From: a virus
Lineage: Duplodnaviria > Caudoviricetes
DNA: 37,392 nucleotides
IMG/VR virus record: IMGVR_UViG_3300028612_000777
Coordinates: 1 to 37,392 of that record
Direction: 5' to 3' (one strand)
The first letter of the stretch is position 1, and each line of letters opens with the position of its first letter. Shown piece by piece: positions 28,101 to 36,896 of this stretch. The translations under genes were made by a program, and so were the position numbers. The notes beneath the pieces are model-generated. The model searched no databases. It was not told the DNA's origin and saw only the letters and a list, made by a program, of their open reading frames with translations.

Positions 28101-31100
28101 TGATTCGCAACTATGCAAAAGATCATTTACCAAAATATGAGATTACCAAAGGACAGATAAAGCCCATATTAACGGCATTGTCCAAAGTGAAGAACGAGCG
28201 GCAGCTGAACGCTGTATTTAACCGTATTGATGAAATAGCAAAAAAAGTCCATACCAAACAGTTATTAAGGGGAATAAATAAAGAACTTAAACGTACAAAG
28301 ATGAAGAAAGTGTCCGGGAAACTGACCGGTAAAATGACAGCAGACACACAGGAAACGATTGAACAGGTCAGGCAGATAGTAAAGATGTCATTGACCGAGG
28401 CGGAAACGGAAACGACAGCAATGTATGAAATAGCCGTTCATCAAAACACCGAACCATCTGAAAAGGATGCGCAGCGCATTTATTTACTGGAACTCTATGG
28501 CGGATTAAAAACCAAATCTGTAGATCAGTTAGCGGATGCGTTATTAAACCTGCAATCCATTATTAATGATGGTGTTACGCTGCGATCCATAAAAGAACAA
28601 GTCCGCAGAACCAAAAACGATATTATGCAGCGGAAAGCTGCGGAGATCATCACCGGTGGCAAACCGGTTCATGGCAAACTATTACGTAGAACCCAGGGTT
28701 TGGACGATACAAAGATGACAAGGATCATCTGGAATATTATGCGGGGGTCTAATGCGACAATGCAATCCTGGGAAACACTTCTGGACATATACTCTTTTCA
28801 CGATAAAGGGTCAGCACCATACAACAGTTTTTTAAATATAAAGTTTGGTGGCGATTTGCGGGAGGCTGATCTGTCTGAACAGGAAGGAGTCAGGCTCAAA
28901 GAAATTATATTAACAGAATCAGCAGAGAGTATATTCGGTGCGAAGGGAAGAAAATTAGAAAAGATTCTAAACAAAAACGAAACGCCGGAAGAAGTAGATG
29001 TTGAAATCATGGTGGATGTATTACCGGAGCGGCTCATTCAATACGGCAAAACAACTAAATTAAAAGTCAGCCAGAATGAATTAGCCCAATATTGGATGTG
29101 GCTGCAAGACACAAAATTAGAAGAAACATTTAAGAATATGGGTTTTACCAAAAAAACAAGATTCCAGATTGAAGTAGCATTAGACCCTAAAGTGCGGGGA
29201 TTTGCTGAATATCTGCTGAATGAGTTTTACCCGGCGTATTACCCGGAGATCAACAGCATATACAAGAATATGTTCCACGTTAATCTGTCATATAACCCGA
29301 AATATTCCCATTTATCCAGGGAGTTTTACGGAAAAGACACGGATCAGGGAGAAACGCTGGACAGCACCAGTCCATTAGCCTCGGCGTACAGCGGGCATCT
29401 GATTGCCCGGGTAGACAGTAAGCGACCCTTGCAGCCAACGGATATGCTTAAAAACGCCTATCAGCATATATTCCAGATGGAACATTTCATTTCCCATGCG
29501 CAGCCGATCCGTGAACTTCGGGCAGTGTTTAATGATGCAGAAGTCCGGGGCGGCATGGAGGAATACTTCGGTGTTAAGATGCTGCAAGTGTTCGATCGTT
29601 TTGTGGAAGATATAGCCCGGGGCGGAATTAGCCGGGATAAGGTCAGTAAATCTGTGGACTTGCCGATCCGTAACTTTATCAGGGCTAAAATAGGATTGAA
29701 GCCGGTCATCTTTTTAAAGCAGCTTGCTTCTATACCGGCAAACATGGCAGAGATGCCGGTACACCAGTTTATTAAGGGTATGGGCGGATTCTTTATTAAC
29801 CCAAGAAAAGCCATTAGAACGCTGAAAGATTCGCGATTAGTAAAAAGCAGGGGCAAAGGGTTTAACCGGGATGTCAGGTCTTTACTTGTAAGGTCTACAA
29901 CTAAACGCCTATCGAACACTAAAGGTTTTAATGATTGGCTCATGTCATTGGCTAAATTGGGTGATATAGGGGCGATTATCTCTGGCGGCTGGTCTGTGTA
30001 TGACTATCACTATAAAATACAGATTAAAGCGGGTGAATCACACGATGCAGCCCATCTGTATGCCATAGGGAAGTTTGATGCGACAGCCGAGAAATGGCAG
30101 CAGTCCGGTCAGGTGAAGAATCTATCTCAATTACAACGTAGTGGTTCAGTAATGAAAATGTTTACCATGTTCCTTAATTCCCTAATCCAGTATTTCCAGC
30201 AAGGTGAAACAGGTATCAGAAACTTAATCGCCGGTCGTGGCAAGAAAAGCGAGAATATCAAACGGACACTCGTTGCTTATGTCGTTTTACAGGCAGCGTT
30301 TCAAATTATAGCCCAGGGACTTAGTTTTGACCCGGATGATGAAGATTTTTGGAAAGAACTCTCTATATCATGGGCGAAAGGTATACCTATACTTGGCAGT
30401 GCATTGAAATGGCTGGTCTTTAGAAGATTCATGTATACCATTACTCCCATAGAGTCAGTGATACCGGAACTTGGGCGAGCGTGGGATGCCGGCGGCAAAA
30501 TAGTCCAGGCTGTGGGCGGAAAAGAAGAATACACACAAAAGGAACTGGTTAAAATGGCTGACGATGTTATGAATGTAATCGGAACTGTGACTGGTACGCC
30601 GTATCAAGGAGTTAGCGGTATTGTTAAAGGTGTTTACGAGACAGTTACCGGAGAAGCAGATAAGCCAATCCGCAGATCACTGGGCTACAGTAATTATGCT
30701 TTATATGGAACAAATGAAGAAAAGCGGCTAATCCTGATTAAAGCGGTGGAGCATAATAAATCACAAGAAGAATTTATAGAAGATTTAAGCCTATATTATA
30801 AAGGTGAAGGTAAATCAGCTGCCTATATTAAACTGGCAAAGAAAAAAGCAATAAAGGATTATAAGATATACAGCCGTTACGGACTTGACAATGATAAGGT
30901 CAATGAATTAATGAAAGGCGGACAAACGAATGACGATAAGGCTAAATATCTTAAAAGGCTAAAAGGAGAAATGCCGGCAGCAGAATTTAAAAAGTTTTAC
31001 AACGAGGCGAAAAAGCTGAAGGTGATATCGGACGACCTGCATAGTAAGTTCACAGGGAAAAAGAAAAAATCAATAACCAGAAAATTGCCGTCCCGCCAGG

Positions 31101-31123
31101 CATACAGCCGCAAAGCATATTAG
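22163..31123 (+). CDS. Giant (2986 aa) polyvalent / ejection protein
   Basis: Long open frame, multidomain; degenerate zincin-like motif, HhH-like domain and helical C-terminal region with hydrophobic segments. Confidence 0.78.
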   Translation: MPEPFTIPQIKPKKQAVPPETVSPSYDLFGWVDDIANFEKPSLNGEYEPPQQPEVYTEGHIVRMSDGREEIMVDTGEEIDVSGIPHYLAEKDTGEQYYIPASDVPQDSLTAVDDPVMDTVRAITEANQMRAERDSVILESSDPEKTLTELRQVESKVKNESPEVQKFVLDRHRAQYRQPTPFEQAGDIPPGRDFTGQGFAEATRPGHLPEYPEGENVKQFFNEAFAQPYYSMMSGVQGGTSRFFTMLDNYARYLEDKTGLEGRGGLFEDLAKLYNDNAEYYDSKGIDPKEGFMNSLADALYTGSGQLIVDLPQIIALRKWGLPIFMGAHGGSEAIAENEQYSELMASLRGGETQFRYLNENEYIKPEGIKPAIEAINRGDQYQSFHGSPLLMQTIDKYKTTEKPDEHSIALGIAKGVGKGIVLHNILSGLKYAPQYIAKTTAATVFGGMSLQEELKKPAVERDMANIVAGTLMGAFFGKGQKGKTHKQFFSEISDGLGLNKITELQLTKSEIVALRKVFNAPEEATLSDIEFIQGITKNGNKSFLFNEVFRGEGRIPVTLSNKIKAVMNRVLGRPVTEGLEISELPVKEKLEGRTVKYEPPIAVQKPSQIEGEVKPDIVEVPVEMLKNIVKERPPGEPTIIEAIGSKDVVYIGKTKAIDGKEADVYLYENKNMLANWRFMVIGKNYASEVGWAVGLEILNEKLPTVDVFEDLIRLDRRFAKPPEPPVEVPELPAKEEYVNEEELLDMLDDKEGYLADTKEEAPEGTLDVKKPTETDAIIELKDLFQAVDPEVVYEERLSELRTLKDNIEDPLHPETPENAMLQIQAAGRELAGLKPEDVQIAGQNYQKVKDGTLVDIIKIHKGADMGTVIEERAETWYWTQEQISPDWDKTITEERRKYHDRTREKDDPTQSNLEWFSDKAKDNAIGAEPVGKVGAAIQRIFTKFRQYAQALQKSAKKFARYVREGKVPSKLKSFLEKAVEEPIPTPKEVAAALKKKKPKPKKIKYDIALTPKNPKYELILEKKARTHKELKEIIPANKRVAQKKPKGKPYKHISGERFSDLDLSKTEAKVTLTDKDIQDVWQKVLKSTNIPKAELPTGMEPHGAAFFNDALSLPDRSRYWYENSAETFNDRFVDNTPEEIQTIFSVSSAASVQATPELQMRRTLSILAENEQGIPIETGLPTPQSVSDALFRHLAGLKTGNFEQTFSYLSGFVEEPPLSTNDRQVASYFNIDPNELAADPRLYEVLSKFHIELRDKINSQLEKGQNKYESWQIQAVAWVQERINKGVSTEANDLEEAMDAVLNRLKNADVDVPVNEAGQMIVTKELLNKPKVIDVLTPTTKQLRESKIATVEVGTTQTPVGKQAAKLLTRVRDIYDKTTDPRIKKQLDNVRHHYRSIQIRAFKELGRKRSEMSGSPNLIDMIVTAMTGKRAIITRIDFGHGVFGTYNGIASPNIRIPMVQKFGDKYVPLTDDQINMVLGFIGKPFKQDAMAASKFKPVDPQTDPDTHTVFIKQYKKLHSEIVEDIENELNRISGLDFSFNVHHVPNGVVIDVNPHFNADFTTEAPDKVMLNDVIKEVLGDKVNIKYLDNTYDANYFEHPDYNQLIRRLKNGIAERHKAALRKNTKASPSQSRSAIQGQKPIKEILEGFSKHDIGRATAGRIKYRADIDYLNRAQTEIEKIASNFDKDTAVWNKKSEPIIKRAEQPPPPTYHIKRLYKDLKSGKTADLSAAELKAEAVRLRTGNPPPIYAGSINLDKLILDDAVNMGFTPQSMRLLYDGLVSVGKFTFNDLPGKLRLEARRHGINKDNFTEQFGNFKNASAKAQAWFKKVWEAIKAWYAKNREYLQQGAINPKPIGFINTMAERYNQAGRPNKLQFIKELKESGFTKQEIKRASQLYTQIKEKSLVEPGVVTPIEKELSKLEDKEQEAVDLIKAAGYQTTEQFKAREVRDDIRQRITTLIRGHRIGSKEKNLELMKLKMMIRNYAKDHLPKYEITKGQIKPILTALSKVKNERQLNAVFNRIDEIAKKVHTKQLLRGINKELKRTKMKKVSGKLTGKMTADTQETIEQVRQIVKMSLTEAETETTAMYEIAVHQNTEPSEKDAQRIYLLELYGGLKTKSVDQLADALLNLQSIINDGVTLRSIKEQVRRTKNDIMQRKAAEIITGGKPVHGKLLRRTQGLDDTKMTRIIWNIMRGSNATMQSWETLLDIYSFHDKGSAPYNSFLNIKFGGDLREADLSEQEGVRLKEIILTESAESIFGAKGRKLEKILNKNETPEEVDVEIMVDVLPERLIQYGKTTKLKVSQNELAQYWMWLQDTKLEETFKNMGFTKKTRFQIEVALDPKVRGFAEYLLNEFYPAYYPEINSIYKNMFHVNLSYNPKYSHLSREFYGKDTDQGETLDSTSPLASAYSGHLIARVDSKRPLQPTDMLKNAYQHIFQMEHFISHAQPIRELRAVFNDAEVRGGMEEYFGVKMLQVFDRFVEDIARGGISRDKVSKSVDLPIRNFIRAKIGLKPVIFLKQLASIPANMAEMPVHQFIKGMGGFFINPRKAIRTLKDSRLVKSRGKGFNRDVRSLLVRSTTKRLSNTKGFNDWLMSLAKLGDIGAIISGGWSVYDYHYKIQIKAGESHDAAHLYAIGKFDATAEKWQQSGQVKNLSQLQRSGSVMKMFTMFLNSLIQYFQQGETGIRNLIAGRGKKSENIKRTLVAYVVLQAAFQIIAQGLSFDPDDEDFWKELSISWAKGIPILGSALKWLVFRRFMYTITPIESVIPELGRAWDAGGKIVQAVGGKEEYTQKELVKMADDVMNVIGTVTGTPYQGVSGIVKGVYETVTGEADKPIRRSLGYSNYALYGTNEEKRLILIKAVEHNKSQEEFIEDLSLYYKGEGKSAAYIKLAKKKAIKDYKIYSRYGLDNDKVNELMKGGQTNDDKAKYLKRLKGEMPAAEFKKFYNEAKKLKVISDDLHSKFTGKKKKSITRKLPSRQAYSRKAY

Positions 31124-31127
31124 AGAT

Positions 31128-31156
31128 TTGTAATGATGATAAATCTAAAGTAAATT
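31128..31156 (+). promoter_or_regulatory. Putative sigma70 promoter for the fibre module
   Basis: TTGTAA-17 nt-TAAATT just upstream of attenuator copy 2. Confidence 0.5.
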
Positions 31157-31179
31157 AACCGTACATATTAATTGACTTA

Positions 31180-31247
31180 CAGAGTCAATCTTAAAATTAG
31201 ACGCTCTGCATAATCCAACAGGTTGGGGTTGGTAGGGCTTTTTTTTT
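31180..31247 (+). terminator. Intrinsic terminator with overlapping alternative hairpin, copy 2
   Basis: GCTCTGC 31203-31209 pairs with GTAGGGC 31232-31238, followed by 9 T; competing stem CAGAG/CTCTG encloses TCTT-AAAAT-TAGA. Confidence 0.78.
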
Positions 31248-31267
31248 ATCTGAAAAGGAGCAATACA

Positions 31268-31525
31268 ATGTCCGCAATACCTATCGTAAAAGGGTTAGGA
31301 TCGGCAAATAAAGCCGTTAGTATAACAGACAATGAAACCACTCACGTTAAATGTCGTGCAATATATGTAGGCACAGACGACAGCTATGATTTTTATATAA
31401 ACGGTGTTTGGGTAAAGTTTAAAAATGCCAATGAGGGTTCGATCTATCCTGTTAGAGCAACAGGGGCAAGAATATCTGCTGGTGGCGTTGCACCAAGCAC
31501 TGGCGACATAGTGTTTTTGAACTAA
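31268..31525 (+). CDS. Small beta-rich tail / spike-base-like protein (putative)
   Basis: AGGAG RBS before ATG 31268; CRAIYVG...F.NA..GSIYPVRA pattern; coupled to the LamG gene. Confidence 0.65.
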   Translation: MSAIPIVKGLGSANKAVSITDNETTHVKCRAIYVGTDDSYDFYINGVWVKFKNANEGSIYPVRATGARISAGGVAPSTGDIVFLN

Positions 31526-33951
31526 TGCTTGGATTAGGCACTTCTCTAACCAGGGGAGGAAAAGTAGTTCGTACCTACGTCAAGGACGGTCTCAAACTCT
31601 ATATGCCCTACAAAGGCTCTGACGCTTCCGAAGTAAAATTCGTAGGCACAGGCTCTACCAGTTTTGATGGTAGTAATGATTATGTGGATACAAACTCAAC
31701 ATTTCAATCTACCTTTCAAGGTTCATTTACAATTAGTGCATGGATAAAGCCCACTGATGGTAATCCTTCAGGAGATGAAATATATATTGGTACAAACAAT
31801 GCCGATGATACAGATGCTATGTATCTCTATGTTAGAGATGGAGGAGAATTAGGGTTTTATTATAAAACAAATAATAATAGTGATTTAACTTTAACAAATA
31901 GTGCATTGTTCACTGATGGACAGCAAGATTGGTGTCATGTATGTGCAGTTGTTGATGATACTTTAAATCAGGTAAGTCTTTATTTTAATGGAGTTTCACA
32001 AACATTAAGTGTTAGTTATGATGGTGATATTTCATCAATAACTAACTCTGATTTTCAGTCAAGTGGAACTACTCCTAATTTATTTATTGGGGCTTATTCT
32101 GATAATGGAACATCATCAATGGAGTACAAAGGCTCTATCAAGAACGTATCTATTTGGAGTAGGTGTTTAACCGCCACAGAAATTCAGAATGTAATGTATC
32201 GGTCATATGCAGAAGTAAGTGGCAGACTTGCAGATGGGCTTGTGAGCTGGTGGGCTTTGGATGCTACTGGGTTAGGCAGTGAACTTATTACTAATGGAAC
32301 ATTTGATGATGCAAGTACGACAGGATGGGAATTAGCATCAGAGGGTTCAGAGGTTGTTAATCTTTTTACAATTAGTGCATCTGGGAATGGATGTAATGTG
32401 TCAACTGATCCAAATGCTGACCACAAATATTTTGGGACAGCAGATGATGGGTCAGCTCAAGGTTATGGTTTTAGTATTATAAATGACAGAACTTATCAAA
32501 TATCTTTTGATTATACACAAAATAGTGGTATTTCTCCAAGAATAAGGATTAGAAAAAATAGTCTTGATGGGGGTAATATAGCGGATTTTGAAGTGGCTGA
32601 AGGAGCATATACAAATACTACTGTAGAAACAAAGACATCAACCTTTACTGCAGGTGATTATTCTGGAGGAACTCCTGCTAATATTGGCTATCTATCATTT
32701 GACCTTGGAGCAAGTACAGCTACAAATTTTACTATTGATAATGTAAGTCTTAAGGAAGTATTGGTTAAAGACCTAAAAGGTTCTAATGATGGTTCTATAT
32801 ATGGTGCAACAGTAGACGAAGACCTCTACGGTGGCGATACTCCAGTAATCCCAAGAGCCATAGACAATGCAAGAACAGTACAGGCAGATGCTATTGGTGC
32901 TGGGAGTGCTTATTTTGATACAAGCAATACTGACTATATAGATTGTGGGGTTATAGATTTTGATACTAATGATTTTTCTATGGTGGCTTGGTATAATGCA
33001 GATTCTTTAGTAGACTATTCAGGAATAGTAACTAATAGAGAAAGCTCTGGAACTTATATTGGTTCTCAAATTAGAGTTAGAGGTGCAGATATAGAATTAA
33101 TAACAGATTGTGGTGGTATCTCTTTTGAGACTAAAACAGTAGCATTTGTTCCTATTATAAATAGATGGACTCATGTAGCCGCAACAGTTGATAGAGATGG
33201 ATTGCAGAGTTTATATATTGATGGAACACTCCAAGCAACAACTGATATTTCTGGTCAATCATCTGTTGACTTAACTCATACAGATAGCTTGATGATTGGA
33301 AAATATATAGCAGATAATAGGTATTTTGATGGCAACATCTGTCAAGTTGGTATATGGAGCAAGGCACTCACCCAAGCACAAATCCAGAGTGTTATGGAAA
33401 AAACATACGAAGAATTGACTGCATCAGAGAAAACGAATTTAGTCTCATATTGGGCATTGGATGAAACGATAGAATCAAGTGGAACTGGTGCAAGTTTTGT
33501 ATATGATAAAGTAGATACTTCTTTGGGGAGTGAGTTATTAACTAATGGTGATTTTTCTGATACTACTTCTACCGATTCATCTTCAAGTGCATTAGCAGGA
33601 TGGACAAATGAATATACTCATAATTCTAATAGTAAGTTTACAATATCAGGTGGTGCTTGTACTCTGATTTCTGATGGTACTTCTACAAGCATGAAGCAGG
33701 CTATTCTTACTGTTGGGAAAGTCTATAAAGTAACTGTAAATATTACGGATGTTACTTCGGGTGGAATTAAAATTTATACAGGTAGTAGTACTTTACCGAC
33801 CAATATTACAACAACTGGAATACATACAATTTACAAAACTGCAGAAGATTCTGATTTGGAGGTATGGAGAAAATCAGGAGTGACAAGCAATGTTACTTTT
33901 GATGATATTGTTGTCAAAGAAGTCCAAGGCAATGTAGGACAACTAATCTAA
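31525..33951 (+). CDS. LamG / concanavalin-A-like repeat fibre protein with carbohydrate-binding-like modules
   Basis: Two LamG domains (FDGSNDYV, FTISAWIK, WCHV, LYFNG; SMVAWY, WTHVAAT, LYIDG, FDGNI) and two GSEL..NG modules. Confidence 0.85.
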   Translation: MLGLGTSLTRGGKVVRTYVKDGLKLYMPYKGSDASEVKFVGTGSTSFDGSNDYVDTNSTFQSTFQGSFTISAWIKPTDGNPSGDEIYIGTNNADDTDAMYLYVRDGGELGFYYKTNNNSDLTLTNSALFTDGQQDWCHVCAVVDDTLNQVSLYFNGVSQTLSVSYDGDISSITNSDFQSSGTTPNLFIGAYSDNGTSSMEYKGSIKNVSIWSRCLTATEIQNVMYRSYAEVSGRLADGLVSWWALDATGLGSELITNGTFDDASTTGWELASEGSEVVNLFTISASGNGCNVSTDPNADHKYFGTADDGSAQGYGFSIINDRTYQISFDYTQNSGISPRIRIRKNSLDGGNIADFEVAEGAYTNTTVETKTSTFTAGDYSGGTPANIGYLSFDLGASTATNFTIDNVSLKEVLVKDLKGSNDGSIYGATVDEDLYGGDTPVIPRAIDNARTVQADAIGAGSAYFDTSNTDYIDCGVIDFDTNDFSMVAWYNADSLVDYSGIVTNRESSGTYIGSQIRVRGADIELITDCGGISFETKTVAFVPIINRWTHVAATVDRDGLQSLYIDGTLQATTDISGQSSVDLTHTDSLMIGKYIADNRYFDGNICQVGIWSKALTQAQIQSVMEKTYEELTASEKTNLVSYWALDETIESSGTGASFVYDKVDTSLGSELLTNGDFSDTTSTDSSSSALAGWTNEYTHNSNSKFTISGGACTLISDGTSTSMKQAILTVGKVYKVTVNITDVTSGGIKIYTGSSTLPTNITTTGIHTIYKTAEDSDLEVWRKSGVTSNVTFDDIVVKEVQGNVGQLI

Positions 33952-36887
33952 TGGCTACCACAATAGCACTAACATCACAAGCTGGAACAAACGCACCTTA
34001 CAAGCTCGGCTCTCCTCCAGACTTCGGCGCTCTGTATAGTGGCAGGGCATTAGAGTTTGATGGGGTTACGGATTATGTTACTTCAGATATTATACAATTT
34101 CTTCCAATAACTTTTGCTTTTTGGATATATCCTGACGAATGGTCTGGTATACACGATGATAATGCAATTGTAATAGGATGGAGATACACTACATACGACC
34201 AGCATGGATGTTTTGTACAATTAACCAATGCTGGTCTTTTACAGGCAAGTTGCCATAATAATGCTACTACTTTTAAAAACGATTTAAACTATACATTAAC
34301 AAAGAATACATGGCAACATATAGCAGTAACATTTGATACTCAAGGAGTAACTGCTGGTCAAAATGACTCTACATCAATAATAGGAACAATATATGCTGAT
34401 GGAGTTCAAGTAGATACATTAACAGCTGGTGGGGGACTGATGTCTTCTGCTACTTTTGGAATTGGAAGTGTTACTGATGCTGCTGCTTATTTTCCTGGTA
34501 AACTATCCAACGTCCAAATCTGGGACAAGGCTTGGTCATTATCAGACGTACAATATGCCTACACACATCCAGAGAAACTAATCACAGACAATAGTTCTGT
34601 CACATCTGGCACTACCATATCCAACTTAAAGGCTTGGTATCCTTGCACAGAAGGTAATCCAAGAAGCCCACAGACTACTGTATATGATGGCTCTCCTAAA
34701 GGATTGGGGAGTGAGTTACTTGGTGACGGAGATTTTACATTAACAGGCACATTAGCAACTAATACAACTGGGACATATTGGAAAACAGATAGTTATGATT
34801 TCTGGTCAATTAGTGGAAGCCAAGCAATTCTTACAAATCCTAGTGGTTCTGGTGTTGAAATGGAAGAAATTTCTGGTGGTAGTATTGATGATACAATAAT
34901 TGCAGGAGCACTTTATAAAGTTGTTTTAGAGATTATATCGGTTACTGGTTCGGGAGACTTCAGAGCAAGAGTTGGGAATACAGGTGGTACTCTCCGAAGT
35001 GCAGTTGGTACATATACAGAATATATAGTTGCATCTAATACAGATGCTTTTACACTCTCATCTGGAGGAAATGATACTGTTGTAATTAAGGTTGATAATG
35101 TCTCCGTCAAATTAGTCAAAATGGGCAATCACGGTACAACTAAATTTTTTAATGAACTGGCTGAAGATAATGCTGCTGATGATGATACTGGAGATTGGAC
35201 AAAAGGAAGTGGGATGACTCTTGCTTTTTCTTCAGACCATTATACAGCAACAGCAACTGGTAATAATAAATATTTTTACTTAACAGCAGCTACAGCTGTT
35301 ACATCTGGGAGAACATATAAAATATCAATAGATATGAAAGACGGGACAGCATCAACCATATCTGGAGATATGGGGATTGTTGATGACGGTGTAAGTTTTG
35401 CTGGTTCTCCTACCCATACTTCATTTACAACAGGAGGCAGTTTTGCAACAAAAACTCATACTGTGGTAGCAGATGCAACAGAAAATGCACATATATATGT
35501 GGAAATAGATGGTTTGGCTGGTAGCAATATTCAACTTAAAAATTTCAAAATGGAAGAAGTAGGCGTAGCCACAGGCTGGACTACTGCTGATGCAGAGCCT
35601 TTAATCCCACAGACTGCTTTGATGGGGATGAGTAAGCCGATGGTGTTTAATGGGATTGATGATTCAGTAAGCTGTGGAACTGTATCAGAGATTACTGCAC
35701 CTACTGCTTCCTATTCGGTTTGGTTTAACGCAACTACTGTGGGTGCGGACGATGGGATATTATGTAATAATAATACAGGTAATGATAGGGTAGGTATGAT
35801 TTTTAGTGCGAATGGTAGATTACAATTTTCTGGGACTTCTGGAAGTAGTGGATATCATATATATTCAGATTCAGTAATAAGTACAGACACTTGGTATCAT
35901 GTTGTATATACAAGAAGTTTGTCTGGTAGCTATACAACAATAAAAATGTATGTAAATGGTGCATTACAAGCTGATACTGATACAAGCGAATATACCCAAA
36001 GCACATCTATTAATACTCTTTTTATTGGAAGATTATCAGGAACATCGGCATATCATTTTGAAGGTATTATAAATGAAGTTGCAATATTTACTGATGAACT
36101 TTCTCTTACACAAGTACAGGAATTATTCAATGATGGAGTTCCATTTGATTTAGACGGAAGTACATTAACAGGCAGTCCCACATTAACAAATTATTATAGA
36201 AATACAGGAACTGGTACTTGGTCAAATTTAAAGAATCCAGGAACTGATGATGGCACTCCTGCAGGTTCTCCAGCCACAATCCTCCTCCCAGAAGGCACTA
36301 CCTCTGGCAAAGATTTATTAGGCTTTCCTTTAACCCATCCCAATTCTGGGTGGCTGAATTTGAGTGGGAGTGAGTATGTGGAGATTGCTGATAATGATGT
36401 ACTTGATATAGAAAGTGCTGTTACACTTGAATGTTGGGCTAAATATACCAGTCCTCAAAATGGGTATGCACAACTAATGGCAAAAGGATATGATGGAGCA
36501 TATCAAATACATTCAAATGTAAGTGCATCTGCTGGATTGCCCAGATTTAGGTTGAGATTGTGGAACGGCTCAAGTTATGCAATGAGTGGGTCTGCACTGG
36601 CAACTACCAGATGTGATGATAATGAATGGCATCATATAGTTGGAACTTATTCGGAGGGAGGCGGTGCTGATAATGTGAATATCTATATCGATGGAGATTT
36701 AGAGACTACTTCAACAAGTACTGGCATTATAAATTCAAATACTGAACCATTTCATATTGGAAGAGATACATATTCAGGAGGTAGTTTCTTTGATGGTTCT
36801 ATAGATGAAGTAAAAATATACAACAGAGCATTATCAGAACCAGAAATTTTAAAAAATTATAAACATGGCAAATCAAAACATAGTTAA
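33951..36887 (+). CDS. LamG / concanavalin-A-like repeat fibre protein
   Basis: Three LamG domains (ALEFDGVTDYV; FNGIDD, WYHVV, FEGIINEV; WHHIVGTY, FDGSIDEVKIYNRALS) plus inserted beta modules. Confidence 0.87.
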   Translation: MATTIALTSQAGTNAPYKLGSPPDFGALYSGRALEFDGVTDYVTSDIIQFLPITFAFWIYPDEWSGIHDDNAIVIGWRYTTYDQHGCFVQLTNAGLLQASCHNNATTFKNDLNYTLTKNTWQHIAVTFDTQGVTAGQNDSTSIIGTIYADGVQVDTLTAGGGLMSSATFGIGSVTDAAAYFPGKLSNVQIWDKAWSLSDVQYAYTHPEKLITDNSSVTSGTTISNLKAWYPCTEGNPRSPQTTVYDGSPKGLGSELLGDGDFTLTGTLATNTTGTYWKTDSYDFWSISGSQAILTNPSGSGVEMEEISGGSIDDTIIAGALYKVVLEIISVTGSGDFRARVGNTGGTLRSAVGTYTEYIVASNTDAFTLSSGGNDTVVIKVDNVSVKLVKMGNHGTTKFFNELAEDNAADDDTGDWTKGSGMTLAFSSDHYTATATGNNKYFYLTAATAVTSGRTYKISIDMKDGTASTISGDMGIVDDGVSFAGSPTHTSFTTGGSFATKTHTVVADATENAHIYVEIDGLAGSNIQLKNFKMEEVGVATGWTTADAEPLIPQTALMGMSKPMVFNGIDDSVSCGTVSEITAPTASYSVWFNATTVGADDGILCNNNTGNDRVGMIFSANGRLQFSGTSGSSGYHIYSDSVISTDTWYHVVYTRSLSGSYTTIKMYVNGALQADTDTSEYTQSTSINTLFIGRLSGTSAYHFEGIINEVAIFTDELSLTQVQELFNDGVPFDLDGSTLTGSPTLTNYYRNTGTGTWSNLKNPGTDDGTPAGSPATILLPEGTTSGKDLLGFPLTHPNSGWLNLSGSEYVEIADNDVLDIESAVTLECWAKYTSPQNGYAQLMAKGYDGAYQIHSNVSASAGLPRFRLRLWNGSSYAMSGSALATTRCDDNEWHHIVGTYSEGGGADNVNIYIDGDLETTSTSTGIINSNTEPFHIGRDTYSGGSFFDGSIDEVKIYNRALSEPEILKNYKHGKSKHS

Positions 36888-36896
36888 GGAAAAATT

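Noticed and set aside
22163-31123. Virion RNA polymerase as the identity of the giant protein
   Set aside because: I could not find a DxDGD or T7/N4-type polymerase motif set; a profile search would be needed to exclude it fully
31223-31267. ORF-track N-terminal extensions (also 2191, 2832, 4330, 13231, 15126)
   Set aside because: They overlap terminators, hairpins or upstream genes; downstream ATGs have clear ribosome-binding sites
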